From: Antedon mediterranea
Lineage: Eukaryota > Animalia > Echinodermata
NCBI RefSeq assembly: GCF_964355755.1
Contig: NC_092673.1
Span: 18,473,648-18,537,647, forward strand
Direction of reading: 5' to 3'
Length of the DNA: 64,000 nucleotides
Below the pieces are notes generated by a model that had not been told where the DNA came from, ran no database searches, and was given only the letters and a program-made list of their open reading frames with translations. Shown here in pieces: positions 9,407 to 21,075 of the stretch. The position numbers and the translations under genes were made by a program. The stretch's first letter is position 1. The number at the start of each line of letters is the position of its first letter.

Positions 9407-12400
9407 TGTAAGACACAAAAAAGAATACACTGCGTCCTCACTCTATCATCAGTACTTTGGTATGTTTCTGTTACCCTGCCTAATCTCCATTTACCTCTAA
9501 CTGCATTACTATCTTGTATCAACACAACGTCACCAGTCTTCACATCACGTCTTATGGTATGCCATTTCTGTCTTATAATCAATGAAGGAAAATAATCCCG
9601 CGTCCACTTCTTCCAAAACCCATTTACCAAGCATTGTATGAACTTCAGTCGATCCTTAATGCTTACGTTATCACCTCCATGGTTCATCTGGTACCTTTCC
9701 AGTAGATCTGCCCAACAATAAATCATTTGGAGACAGATATGACCCATCCTGTGGATCTGTAGGATGCTTTCCAATCGGCCTCTCATTTGTTAAATTCGCT
9801 ACTTCAAACATAACAGTCTGAAGTTCACTGAAGGCAAGCACCTGTCCACCGATTGCATGACTAAGCGCTTTCTTAATCCCTCTAATCAGACTCTCAGTCA
9901 CTCCATTCTGCCAGGGAGCATCAGGTGTAGAAAACTTCCACGTTGTGCCATGGTTTACCCCAAAACTCTTCAACTGTTTGGCTGCTGCACTCAGCTGTGT
10001 CCCAGCATCGCTGTATATTTCTTTGGGGTATCCTCGAAGTGAAACGAACTTTCTGAACACTTGCAGGAACGCGTCTGTACTATAGTCAGTGGCTATGTCG
10101 ATGTAGACTGCTCTCGTCACAAAACAATCAAAAACTACACCGTATGCCTTTCCTCGAGCTCGCTTGTTAACTTCACCTCTTGTTGTGAATGGCCCAAATA
10201 AATCAACCCCTATATACATCCATGGTGGTGATGGTTTCAGTCGAGTAATTGGTAACGGTCCCATTTTCTGAGCTGCAGTGTTTTTCTCAAACCGCCTACA
10301 AGTTACACAATGGTACTTAATGCTTTTGACCATTCTCTGTACGTCAATTATCCAGTATTTCGATCGAATCTTGGCAACGGTTGACTGCACTCCCAAATGC
10401 CCTTTACTATGGATTTCTTTAGCGTATAGTTTCGTAAAAGCGTTATCGTATGGCAACAAAGGTACTTCTTGCTTATTGTAGCTGAAATGTACGTTTCGAC
10501 TTATTCTTTCTCCCACAACAATTACTCCATCTTCACGAATCTTAGGCCCCAAGCGAGCGTATGTCTTGTCAAATTTAGTTTTATCTTTGGATAATAGATT
10601 TATCATTATTTTCTGCGATTCCTTTATCCAGAAATGTTCCGCACCTTTAGTATCCTTGACCTCGATCTCTTCTAATATACTCTTTAGTCTCCTTTTCTCA
10701 TACACTTTGAGAACTCTGGCAGTCACCCTTAACAACTTCTGATACTTGCTCTGCCGTCTAATTATTCTATCAGCTAATGAGTCTTCTTCTTCGATGTTCA
10801 CTGCCATGACTATCTTCACTCGTTCTGGAAGGGTCTTTATATTACAACTTTGTTCAATTGGCCAATTCTCAACTGGCTGTCGCAAAAACTCTGGTCCCCT
10901 TTGCCACTCACTATTTGGCCCAATCTGGGATGGATTCATTCCTCGTGTGATTGCGTCCGCTATATTAACCTCTCCTCTACACCACCACCAATCTTGAGGT
11001 TCCGTGTCTTGTTGTATCTCCCCGATTCTTGTGGCGGCAAATGTTTTGAACCCATAGCTTTGTTTTTGTACCATGGCTCGTACAATCTCGCTGTCTACAA
11101 TATAAAAAACTTGGTCAAACTTAATTCTCGTCTCATTTATGATATATTGTGCCAATCTCTTACTCATCACCGCTGCACTAAGCTCCAATCGCACCACGCT
11201 AATAATCTCTATTGGAGCAACCCTGCTTTTACTGGCAACGATTTGAGATGAAAATTGTCCGTCCCACTGTTCGTAACGGACGTATGCCACTGCGCCTAAC
11301 GCCTTCTCGGACGCATCAGAAAACATAATCAAACTTGGTAATATGCCCGGCTTTGCATCCAACGGTTTAACGCATCTCCTAAATTCGACGCTTGATGTTG
11401 TACTTAAATCTTCAAATAAATCTATCCACTCCGCTCTCTCACTCATGTTTATAGCTTCATCCCACTCTAATTTAGCTCCCCACAGCTTTCGAAGTAGAAT
11501 CTTTGCCCTCACGGTGATTGGAGTTATCAACCCCAAAGGATCATACACAGAATTGATTTTGCTTAGGCATATACGTTTGGTTAACACTTCTGGTATCTCC
11601 TTGAAGGTACGAACGTTGTCAGTGAACGCAAGAACGTCATCACCTGGTTTCCAACTGATTCCTAACACCTTCTCTTCCTTTGGATTCCATGTTTCTTCAA
11701 GCTTTTCTCTTCCCGAGAATATCCAATGCTTTATGGCGAAATTTCCTGGCTGTATTAATTTCTCTATTTCTTCCGCTCGTTGCCTTGCTTTCTTTGCGGA
11801 TTCTTCACACTCCAGAATGTCATCCACATAAACAAAACATTGTTTAAAACTGTCTCTGCGGCTTCAGGTGTTGACAGTTTCCCTGCTTCTGCCGTTTTCC
11901 TCAAAGCCACTGTTGCTATGGTGGCAGATGGACGGTCTCCAAAATTTACAGCAGTCACGCAATAGGTTTTTGGTAGGGTATTCTGGTTCAAATCTCTCCA
12001 GAGAAACCGATGACAGTGCTGGTCCAGCTGGGTGATAGCAACACTATGATACATCTTTCTTATGTCACCTACCAGTGCATGAGGTCTTTCTCTGAATCTC
12101 AGTAGAACAGCTAACAAGTCATTAACAAGGTCGGGTCCTTTGGCCCAATAGTCGTTAAGAACATTTCCCTTGTAGGCCGCACTGCTATTAAAGACGATTC
12201 GCACTGGGGTGCTGGAACTATCAGGCTTTTTTACTGCATGGTGAGAAATATAATGTATTGGTCCTTTGTATTCTTGCAATTCCGTTTCCTTTATTTCTCT
12301 CGCCACCCCTCGTTTCAACATATCTGCTATTTGCTCTTCGTATATCTTTTTCTTTGCTGAGTCTTTCATTAATCTTTTCTCTAGCGCTGCTAACTTCGCC

Positions 12401-15145
12401 ACCGCCACTTTTTTGTTATCTGGTAGATTGTTTGGGTCTTTGATCCAAGGGTACCTTGCGGTCCATTTACCTGCTTCATACAGTAAGTTGTCTTCTATCA
12501 ACTTTAATTCACGTTCTTCTTTCAAAGTGTACTTCTGCGCTCCACTGGGGCATTTGCCACATCGACACGAACCACATTTAGGCTGACAGTTAACCCCCAT
12601 ACTTTCTATCGTCAGAAAGTCGTCAAAGGACGTTGTCTTAACATAGTTCACTAGTATTCCTGCCCCTTCTTCCCATTCGATAGAAGGATGAGACCCTCCA
12701 ATACACTGACCAAACTGGTTTTTCAGTAGAACTAGATGACCACATGCCTTGATCTTCGTCGGATGGTAACCAGCATACTCGTATCCAATTAACAAGTCGA
12801 CCTCTCCAGTTGGTCTCTTGACCTGCTCAGGATATACATTAAGTATTTTGGCGAGGTTTTCTAAGTTCTGATTACCAATTTTTGCCGTTATCTTCGGAAT
12901 CCCATAGGCTTCTACTGCAACACAGTTTCCCATATTATCATTCAGTAATATTTTATATTTCATGCTGTCGATGCATTCGGTTTGCCCGCCTACTTTGTTC
13001 ATGCTTATTTTCACTGGCCTTCCCTTTGCCTTTATGCGTTTGGCCGCATCATGTGTGATTAACGACGCCGTCGCACAACTATCCCAAAGAGTGTTGAGCT
13101 CGTTCTTGCCGCTCCTCACTTTCATCAATTGTAACAAACAAGGGTCAGATTTCATCTGTAAGCTATTTTCAAGGGACGACACTGTCGAAATTGGTTCTGT
13201 GTTCTGAGTCTGCTGATGTAACAGCTTGTGATGAAGTCTCCTGCAACCATCCGTATCGCATTGCTTCTTCCCTTTACACTTAGCAATGATGTGGCCGGCT
13301 GTTAGGCAGCAGAAACATGCTCGGTTTTCTTTCAAGATGTTCAGCCTCTCATCCACAGATTTGTTCAAGAAGGTTCGACAATTCTTGGGTTCGTGTTGAC
13401 TTTCTTTGTGTAGAAGGCACTTTGGTCTGCTAGATATTTCTACCATGTGCATCGATGCGGCTGCTTTGGTGGGTTGGTTTGTCCGTATTTCCCCCATTGC
13501 GTATTCTACACTTCTTCTTTCTCTTGTCAGAAATTTCAGTAGTTCTGGGAATCTATCAGTTTTATCTACACCGTTGGCTTCTTCATGCATATGTCGGACC
13601 CATCTTCCAAACACTGATGGTGGTAGTTTCTTTTCTATCTCTCCCACCACCTTGGAATTAGATATTTCTCTTTCTAGTCCTGCTCTTTTCAGGTCGTGAT
13701 AACTTGCTTCCACTTTGTCGATATATGTCACTAGTTTGTTATCTTCGCCATCTTTAATTTCTCGCTTCTGTTCTAATTCACTTACAATTGTATCTACCAA
13801 TTTCACTTTGTCGCCATATCTCTCGTCAAGCCTTTCCCACATTAAATCAATATTATCTTCAACTGGTCCCAGAATTTTTAGCGGTGCTTGCCCTAGAGTT
13901 TGCCTCAAGGCAAACGACAATTGTTTAGGATGTGTCACAGGAATCACGAAAGTCTTGAAGTCCTCCTTAAATCTAGCGTATCTTCTAACGTTACCTTCAA
14001 ATCTAGGCAAATCCATCTTTTTTAGTTGCAGTGTTGATCGCTTTTCCTTTGGATCTCGTTCATCTTCCTGAACTTTCACTGGTGGGTTTACGTTAGCTTT
14101 ATATTTGATAACACCACGACGGACGTCGTTGAATCTGTTCTGTACCTCTTCTATCCATGCTGCTTGTTCAGCATCTTCTGGATCTTCTATTTTCATTTGA
14201 ATCTCTACATGTAAGTCTTGGATTTTCTTCCAGATCTCAGTCATATCTACAATCAGAATCTCTAGATATTCTACCGGACTGGATTCTTCCATTGCTTGCT
14301 GTATTGTCTTTATGACTCTGGTCATAGCACCTTTCTGCACACTACGTCTTCTTTTTATCTCATCCATTTCAATGGATTGTAGTAAAGATACGAATTTCGA
14401 ATGTAAGACACAAAAAAAAGAATACACTGCGTCCTCACTGTTGTTATACGACTCAATCTCAAACTTTAATGCAACGTAAAATATGGTACACACGAAACAT
14501 TAATTTGTATGGTATTTGGTTCGAAATCTGTAAGATATAATAATAATTACTCGCAAATTAAGCAATTGCTATAGCGCCATCTATAATGGAAATCACTCAA
14601 GCGTGACGACCGATCTACGCTACAATCAGTACGATCGGACAAAATGAGTACGCTATAAATAACCAAACTATAGGAATACCGTCAGCGGTGGTTCTAAACA
14701 ATGTAACTAACCACATAACATGTGAAATATAAACAATATGATTATCAAATTCTATGTCAATAAATCCAGGTGATCTGTAAATATATCTATGTTAACATGT
14801 TATTTCTGTATACTAGCTATCATTATACAAGTTTGCGTACGTAACATTTACACAAGATGGATGCCAAAGGCGAAAACTACATGCATCCTCATCAACACTT
14901 GTGCATAAACTAATTATTAAATATTATAACGTTGATTCTGATTATGATCTAACAATGATTAACTATACTAATACTCACTCTTGAGCTCTCAATTAACAAC
15001 CGAAAATTAAACTGTAGTTAACAATAATATGCCGTGTCTCAGAAAATCACACACGTGCGTCTATTACTGCTTCTCGTTACCAACATTAACATAAAAAATC
15101 ACAACATAAATATAGAGGGCGTACTTCAATATCCTAAACGATACA
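9407..15145 (-). mobile_element. BEL/Pao LTR retrotransposon (copy 1) with a full 5' LTR and a 35-bp 3' LTR stub
   Basis: TG...CA ends with 5-bp TSD ATAAC (9402-9406, 15146-15150); 5' LTR 14402-15145; TGTAAGACACAAAAAAGAATACACTGCGTCCTCACT shared at 9407 and 14402. Confidence 0.92.
9442..14367 (-). pseudogene. BEL/Pao gag-pol polyprotein (Gag with zinc knuckles, protease, RT, RNase H, integrase), frameshifted
   Basis: LPRFEG, CFCCLTAGH..C, LWDSCA protease motif, GDIRKMY, YVDD split by a frameshift near 11835, FSDASE RNase H, HLGV/CVTC and GVDLFGP/SDAGT integrase; second frameshift near 9675. Confidence 0.93.
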
Positions 15146-16799
15146 ATAACTATTAATGATGTGCAATTGTCAGTCTGTGTTAACTGTCACCATTTTTAAT
15201 TCATATTTTGCGATATCAATGTTGTCATTCTTCATGCTGCATTTTGGTTAAAGTGTGGCCTACTGTACTTAATAGGCCTAACAATAAATATAATAAGTCA
15301 ATTCACATTAATATTTTGTTCTTTCTTTTCTAAGTTTGCAAAATTACAAAAACAAAACATATCCGTGTTTGTTCTGTTTTGTTTTTGTAATTTTGAACAT
15401 ATTTACATTAATTATAAATAACTAACATGTGCAAATTATGCAAATTAGACCTGAGGTAAACGGAAGTACAGAACGATGTTTAAATATGATTTGAATAAAT
15501 AAATGTTTTTGTACAGAACTGAATTATATTTTTTATATGAATGAATTTTCTAATACCTATTTGTTAAAAATGAAATGTTTTATATTTTGATATTTTTCAC
15601 TTTTAATTCAATTTTGTAAATTAAAACTCAATTAAGTATTTATGCTGCTGTGTTTTAATGTTTATATTCATATATTCTTAAATAAATACTAATGAATGAA
15701 AAGCTTTTTGTGTGGATTGTGTGTTTGTTTGGAAGGGGGAGATTTTAACATCGGCGAGATCATTATACTGTATCAAAATGTACGTGGTTTGCTATTCATC
15801 GTATATTATACAAAATATCCATTCCACCAATCCAGAGAGTAATAAAGTTCTTCGATATTATACATTACACAGCGATGTTAAGTCGTAGGCAAAAATGGTG
15901 ATTGCGCCCTCTATAAAAAATAAAAGTTTATTCACCCAACAAACCACTCAACTCAACAACATGCATGGGATGCCGAAGAATGTCAAACACAAGAAGTAAG
16001 TTTTTGTTTCATTATTATCATTACTGTATCCTAGGCCTACAAACTTAGTACTATATTATATCGGCCTAAATAGGCCTATAGGCCTAGCTAGGCTAATTCT
16101 AACTAGCTAGTGCAGGCCCTACCTCTAGCTATCAAAGGCTTTTAGCCCTTATAGCTAGGCCTATTCTATATACTATAGTGGGCCTAAGAAGGCTAGGCTA
16201 GGCCCCTAGTAGAATAAAGACAGGCCTGCTGAGGGAGTCTCCACAACTTGTCGTTAGAGAACAGACATCAACTGCATTGTGATTGGTCCTAAGACGAACA
16301 TAAACACATGGATGGATGAGGATGTAGGGGGATTCTGGGTTTATAATTGCTTTTAAATATCGTTTTTTAGGCGCTAGGCCTTCTTCTAGTTCCGTTTCGC
16401 ACCTGTCGTTTATTTCGACTCAAAATTGGTTAAGTAACTTTATCGTGAGTACCACACCTTAGAATTAGGCCTCAAAAATACTTTTACAAAGGAGATCACA
16501 CAAAAAGTAAAAAATAAATCCTTTAAATTGATAAATTTACAGACGTGTTTCTCGCACATCAGTTTGTGAATTTCGCATACTCCATGTTCAATGTTGTTGT
16601 TTCTATGGAGCGCCAAAAGAGCAATCATAATAGAGGGCTAAAAACTCAGTAAATTGCGTATATTTAATGCATTTATTGGTGAAAATTACGTTCAATTTTA
16701 TCATATTTTGTCAATGTCAACGCAACAAAAATATTACTGTTGATACTGTACATGGTTTTTGCAGGAACTTTTATTTTAGGAATGAAAATCGACAAATTC

Positions 16800-18935
16800 A
16801 TTATTTATTTATTTATTTCGTTTTCTTTTAGTAGGGTAGCCCTCTCAGTAATAAAATAAAACTGCTCTTCCGTGGGGCCCTACGGCACATTTAAACAAAA
16901 TTTGAAAACAACTTAAACTAAACTTAAACTAAAACTTAAACTAAAACTTCAATGCATGTTCTCATTATTATTATACTTTTATACCATATTTAAATATATT
17001 TCACTGGAACCATCCTAGACCACCGGCAACAATAAATGAATCTTAACAAGTGATTTAAAACGGTTATAATTGTTTTGTTTTCTTAATTCATAAGGTAGGC
17101 CATTCCAGAGTGAACTTCCATAATAAACAAAACTACGTTTGTATATTTCGAGGTTACATCTGGGCAAATACAACAAATTATTTTCATAGTTTCTGGTTTG
17201 AATATTGTGTACACTACTAATATATTGCAAAACATCACATAAGTATGAAGGTACAGATTCTTGTAAACATCTAAATATTGTACAAATTGTATGATATTCA
17301 ATTCTTGTCTTAATTGTTAGCCAACCTAAATCATAATGCATTTGTCTAACAGGAGTTCGAATATCAGCACCTAGTATTAATCGTGCAGCTCTATTTTGTA
17401 CCCTTTGCAATTTTAAAATATGGGCGTTTGAACCAGTACCCCAGACTGTTGAACAATAGTCAATATGTGATAAAAATAGAGCATTGTATAATCTTTTAAT
17501 AATTTTAGGAGATGTAAAACTTTTCAATCTATAAAATAGATGTATAATTTTTGATAGTTTTGCACATATAGAATCAATATGTACTTTCCATGAGAGTTGT
17601 TCATCAAATGTAAGTCCCAAATATTTAAACGTTTCAACTTTCTCAATCGGAATGTTATCAAAAATTACTGTTTCATCTGTTGTTTTATTAACACGTGCAT
17701 GAGTACCAAAAAGAATGTATTTGGTTTTATCAATGTTTAGAGTTAATTTATGTTTATCTAACCATTGTTTTACATTTTCCAACTGTTCAGTTAAAACTGT
17801 TGTAAGCTCTTCATTTGATTTACATGCATAAAAAAGCGCAGTGTCGTCTGCATAGAGGACTGTTTTACAAATCCCATCAACACTATCATGTAAGTCATTT
17901 ATGTATAAAATAAACAACAAAGGGCCAAGAATTGAGCCTTGTGGTACCCCATAGTTGACATTTAAAATTTCAGATTTTTTTCCATTAAAATTAACAAATT
18001 GTTTGCGATTTTTTAAATAATTACTGAACCATGCAAGCTCAGTGTTTATCATTCCAAAGGTGCATAATTTACGTAATAAAATATCGTGGTCTACCGTATC
18101 AAACGCCTTTTTTAGGTCAAGAAAAATTGCTCCAGTTACCAAGCCATTATCAATATTTTTATATATATAATTGCATACATCTATCAGTGTAGTAGAAGTT
18201 GAATGTAACGACCTAAAACCAGATTGATTTTTACATAATAAATTAAACTCATTTATATGATTCATAACTTGATTATGGATGCATCTTTCAAAAACTTTCA
18301 TAACAATAGATATAACAGATATTGGACGGTAGTTGTTAAGTTCATGTTTACATCCTCCTTTATAAAGCGGAGTAACCTTAGCACATTTCCATTCACTTGG
18401 AATAACACCAGATCTTAATGACCAGTTAAACAAAAAGGCAAGACTTTGAGAAATTTGTGAAGATGCAATTTTAAGTAACCTAGCGGAAATCCCATCAATT
18501 CCAGTAGCTTTTCCAATTTCTAACTTTTCCAACAAAGCTTCAATTTCATTTCCATTAATATCTTTAAAGTTGAAACGTTGTTGAAATTGTGATAACGATT
18601 CAACGGTAATATCGTTTTGGTTGTCATTAAAATGGGATGCAAGTTCATTAGAAATTGAACAAAAATATTTATTAAAATGATTAGCAATATCAGTTGGCTT
18701 GTTTATTTCATTACCGTTTACATTGAGAGTTGTTTTAGTTTGTTTCTTTTTATTGGGTAAAAAGTCTTTCATGGTTTTCCATAATGTTTTAGTGTCATTA
18801 ACATTATCCTTTAATTTATTATTTATATAGTCGCGTTTTAGTGATTTAGACAAATTATTTAATTTATTTCTTGCCTTTTTGTAAGAATTCCAATCATCTA
18901 TGTTCTTAGTTTTTTCGGCTTTTTGTTTTAAATAT
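16800..18935 (-). mobile_element. 5'-truncated LINE (CR1/L2/Crack group)
   Basis: RT ORF plus 3' UTR ending in an (AAATA)n-like tail at ~16800-16820; no endonuclease region present. Confidence 0.9.
17015..18853 (-). CDS. Non-LTR retrotransposon reverse transcriptase (ORF2 C-terminal part, open)
   Basis: NYRPISVIS, QSGFR, FLDLKKAFDTVDH, GVPQGSILGPLLF, YADDT, FKYLG. Confidence 0.92.
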   Translation of the reverse strand: MSKSLKRDYINNKLKDNVNDTKTLWKTMKDFLPNKKKQTKTTLNVNGNEINKPTDIANHFNKYFCSISNELASHFNDNQNDITVESLSQFQQRFNFKDINGNEIEALLEKLEIGKATGIDGISARLLKIASSQISQSLAFLFNWSLRSGVIPSEWKCAKVTPLYKGGCKHELNNYRPISVISIVMKVFERCIHNQVMNHINEFNLLCKNQSGFRSLHSTSTTLIDVCNYIYKNIDNGLVTGAIFLDLKKAFDTVDHDILLRKLCTFGMINTELAWFSNYLKNRKQFVNFNGKKSEILNVNYGVPQGSILGPLLFILYINDLHDSVDGICKTVLYADDTALFYACKSNEELTTVLTEQLENVKQWLDKHKLTLNIDKTKYILFGTHARVNKTTDETVIFDNIPIEKVETFKYLGLTFDEQLSWKVHIDSICAKLSKIIHLFYRLKSFTSPKIIKRLYNALFLSHIDYCSTVWGTGSNAHILKLQRVQNRAARLILGADIRTPVRQMHYDLGWLTIKTRIEYHTICTIFRCLQESVPSYLCDVLQYISSVHNIQTRNYENNLLYLPRCNLEIYKRSFVYYGSSLWNGLPYELRKQNNYNRFKSLVKIHLLLPVV

Positions 18936-19561
18936 TACATGTACTGCTGTGATCTAAATAATATTCCTCTTAGTCTATATTCTTACTCTTAGTTAGGCCT
19001 AGGGTTGGTTGCTATTTGAAAACAGCAAATTATTAGCAGTAAAATGTTACAGCATTTTTATTGACAAAATATATTAAAATTAAACGTGTATTTCAATAAT
19101 AAATGCATTAAAAGATTAGACGCATTCCACTGAGTTTTTAACCATCTATTGTTGTTGCTCTTTTGGCGCTCCATAGAAACGAAAATATTGAACTTCGAGT
19201 ATGCTAAATTCGCGAACGGTATGCGAGAATCATGTCTGTAAAATCATCAATTTAAGGATTTATTTGTTACTTTTTATGTGATTCTTCTTCATAAAAGTAC
19301 TTTTGAGGCCCAATTTTAAGGTGTGGTATTCACAATAAGTTGCTTAACAATTTCGAGTCAAAAGGAAGTCGAAATAAAAACAGGTGCGAAACGGAACTAG
19401 CGCCGTTTTTTATTAAATAAAAAATATTATAACTAGGCTAAGCCTACAGTATATAGACATGTCAGAATGAAGAAGTAATATTAATAACGAGAAATTTAAA
19501 CAATTAAATTTCATATACATTTTAGGGTAAATTCATGGAGAGTCTGTTTTTCAGCAGCTTA

Positions 19562-21075
19562 AGCCTGGTTTCCAGTCGACGTAAGATTTGTTTCCGCTTA
19601 CGATTGCGTCGTTTTCTTACGATTACGCTTGCGTTCCGATCAGTTGACCAAAAACTAACGTCGACACAAAATTGTCATAATCACGTTGTACCGCAAAAAT
19701 TTAGATCATTACATGTGCTGATTCCGTCGTTACGAAAGTTGAATTTATCGCAAAGTCTGTCCTTCTTGCCCTTACGTCGAGTTGAAATTTTTCCTTGCGA
19801 TTTCAACACATATGACGTGATAACAAGAAATGATTTCTGATTGGCTCATAAATTCCGCGCGAAAAGAGGAGGCCATTTTCCAAAACATAAACAGTGCAGT
19901 GAGGCTATGACATATTTTTTACATAATCTTAATTAGTTATTAATTAAAATGTTTTATCAGTTCTTCTTTTGATAGTCGCCGACAAATTTAGTCTTTTTAT
20001 TCTGAGAATTATTTTATGAGCGGCTTAAACAATCCCATGATTTTACCCACCCGAGAGAGCTTGTTTATCGGAGTTTTAATTTTGTGTCTGCCGCCTTTTG
20101 TTTTGATTTTCTTTGTACCACCCTGCATGGCTTAATTATTGTTTATGATTAGACTGTTGTTATAACGTTGAATATCATGACTTGCCTACGATGTTATTTA
20201 CATATACATTTTATCTATTGGTTTTTTTTACCCGGTTTTCATTTTTTTATAAATAGATAATTCAAATGATGTAGGCTAATAATTATTTATTTTCATAATC
20301 AAATTATCATAGGCCTATAAATTGCAAACACTACGGTGAATTTAATAAATATATATTATTAATTTATTACCTAAACCTACCTTAATCCTACAATTAAAAC
20401 AAAATCATTATGTAATTTTTCCCCACCTGCTTTTGAATGCAAACTATATGCCAGGTGAACGTATTGTTATCCTGATGATCCTGATGATGACACTGTTCTC
20501 TAACATTTTATGACATTTTATTGCCATATAGTTTTTAATTTAGTCTGCCTATGTGTATTATTTTTACCCATTATATCGTATTTTGACTATGTTTATATAA
20601 TTATATTTAAGTAACAAGCAAGACAATTTTGTATAGTTCTCACATCTATTTTGTATTTCATCCACCTAAATTATTACATTCTATCACGAATTGAACAAAA
20701 TCGTGGTTTAGGTTTATTTACGTATCATTTATTGTCAACAATTCTTATATTATATATGGTACTTTCTACTTTATTTCACCTTTCCAAGCTTTAACCTTCT
20801 TGCCAACGTCACATAATCCTCGTCACTGATTGGCTGGTTCTCAAGTCAACTTTCGTAAGTTTTCCTGTCGAACCGTCGAATATCGACGTAACAGACGGAA
20901 GCTTCAGTCACCGGTTTCCTGTCAAACACTTGTACTACAGCGATTTCTACTTGCGTTACGTCGTTTTGACATTTAGCTTTTTTCAACCGGTTTCCTGTCG
21001 ATTTTCAATTTTCAATGTAAAAATGATGCAATCGTAAAGAAATTCTAATTTCTTACGTCGACTGGAAACCAGGCT
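19562..21075. mobile_element. Non-autonomous PIF/Harbinger element
   Basis: Perfect TIR AGCCTGGTTTCCAGTCGACGTAAGA / TCTTACGTCGACTGGAAACCAGGCT with 3-bp TSD TTA. Confidence 0.88.

Larger units (their letters stand above)
16370..19404. mobile_element. Long-TIR non-autonomous DNA transposon (MULE- or Merlin-like) interrupted by a LINE
   Basis: ~330-bp diverged inverted arms (16370-16715 and 19059-19404) with ends GGCGCTAG...CTAGCGCC; 8-bp TSD GTTTTTTA (16362-16369, 19405-19412). Confidence 0.8.

Noticed and set aside
8516-9595. 359-aa Cys-containing repetitive ORF
   Set aside because: Produced by a 69-bp (3n) minisatellite running into the antisense strand of BEL pol; no splice or domain support
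9857-14071. Numerous plus-strand ORFs of 60-160 aa (similar ones at 49452-52427)
   Set aside because: Antisense shadows of BEL pol and the Zator transposase
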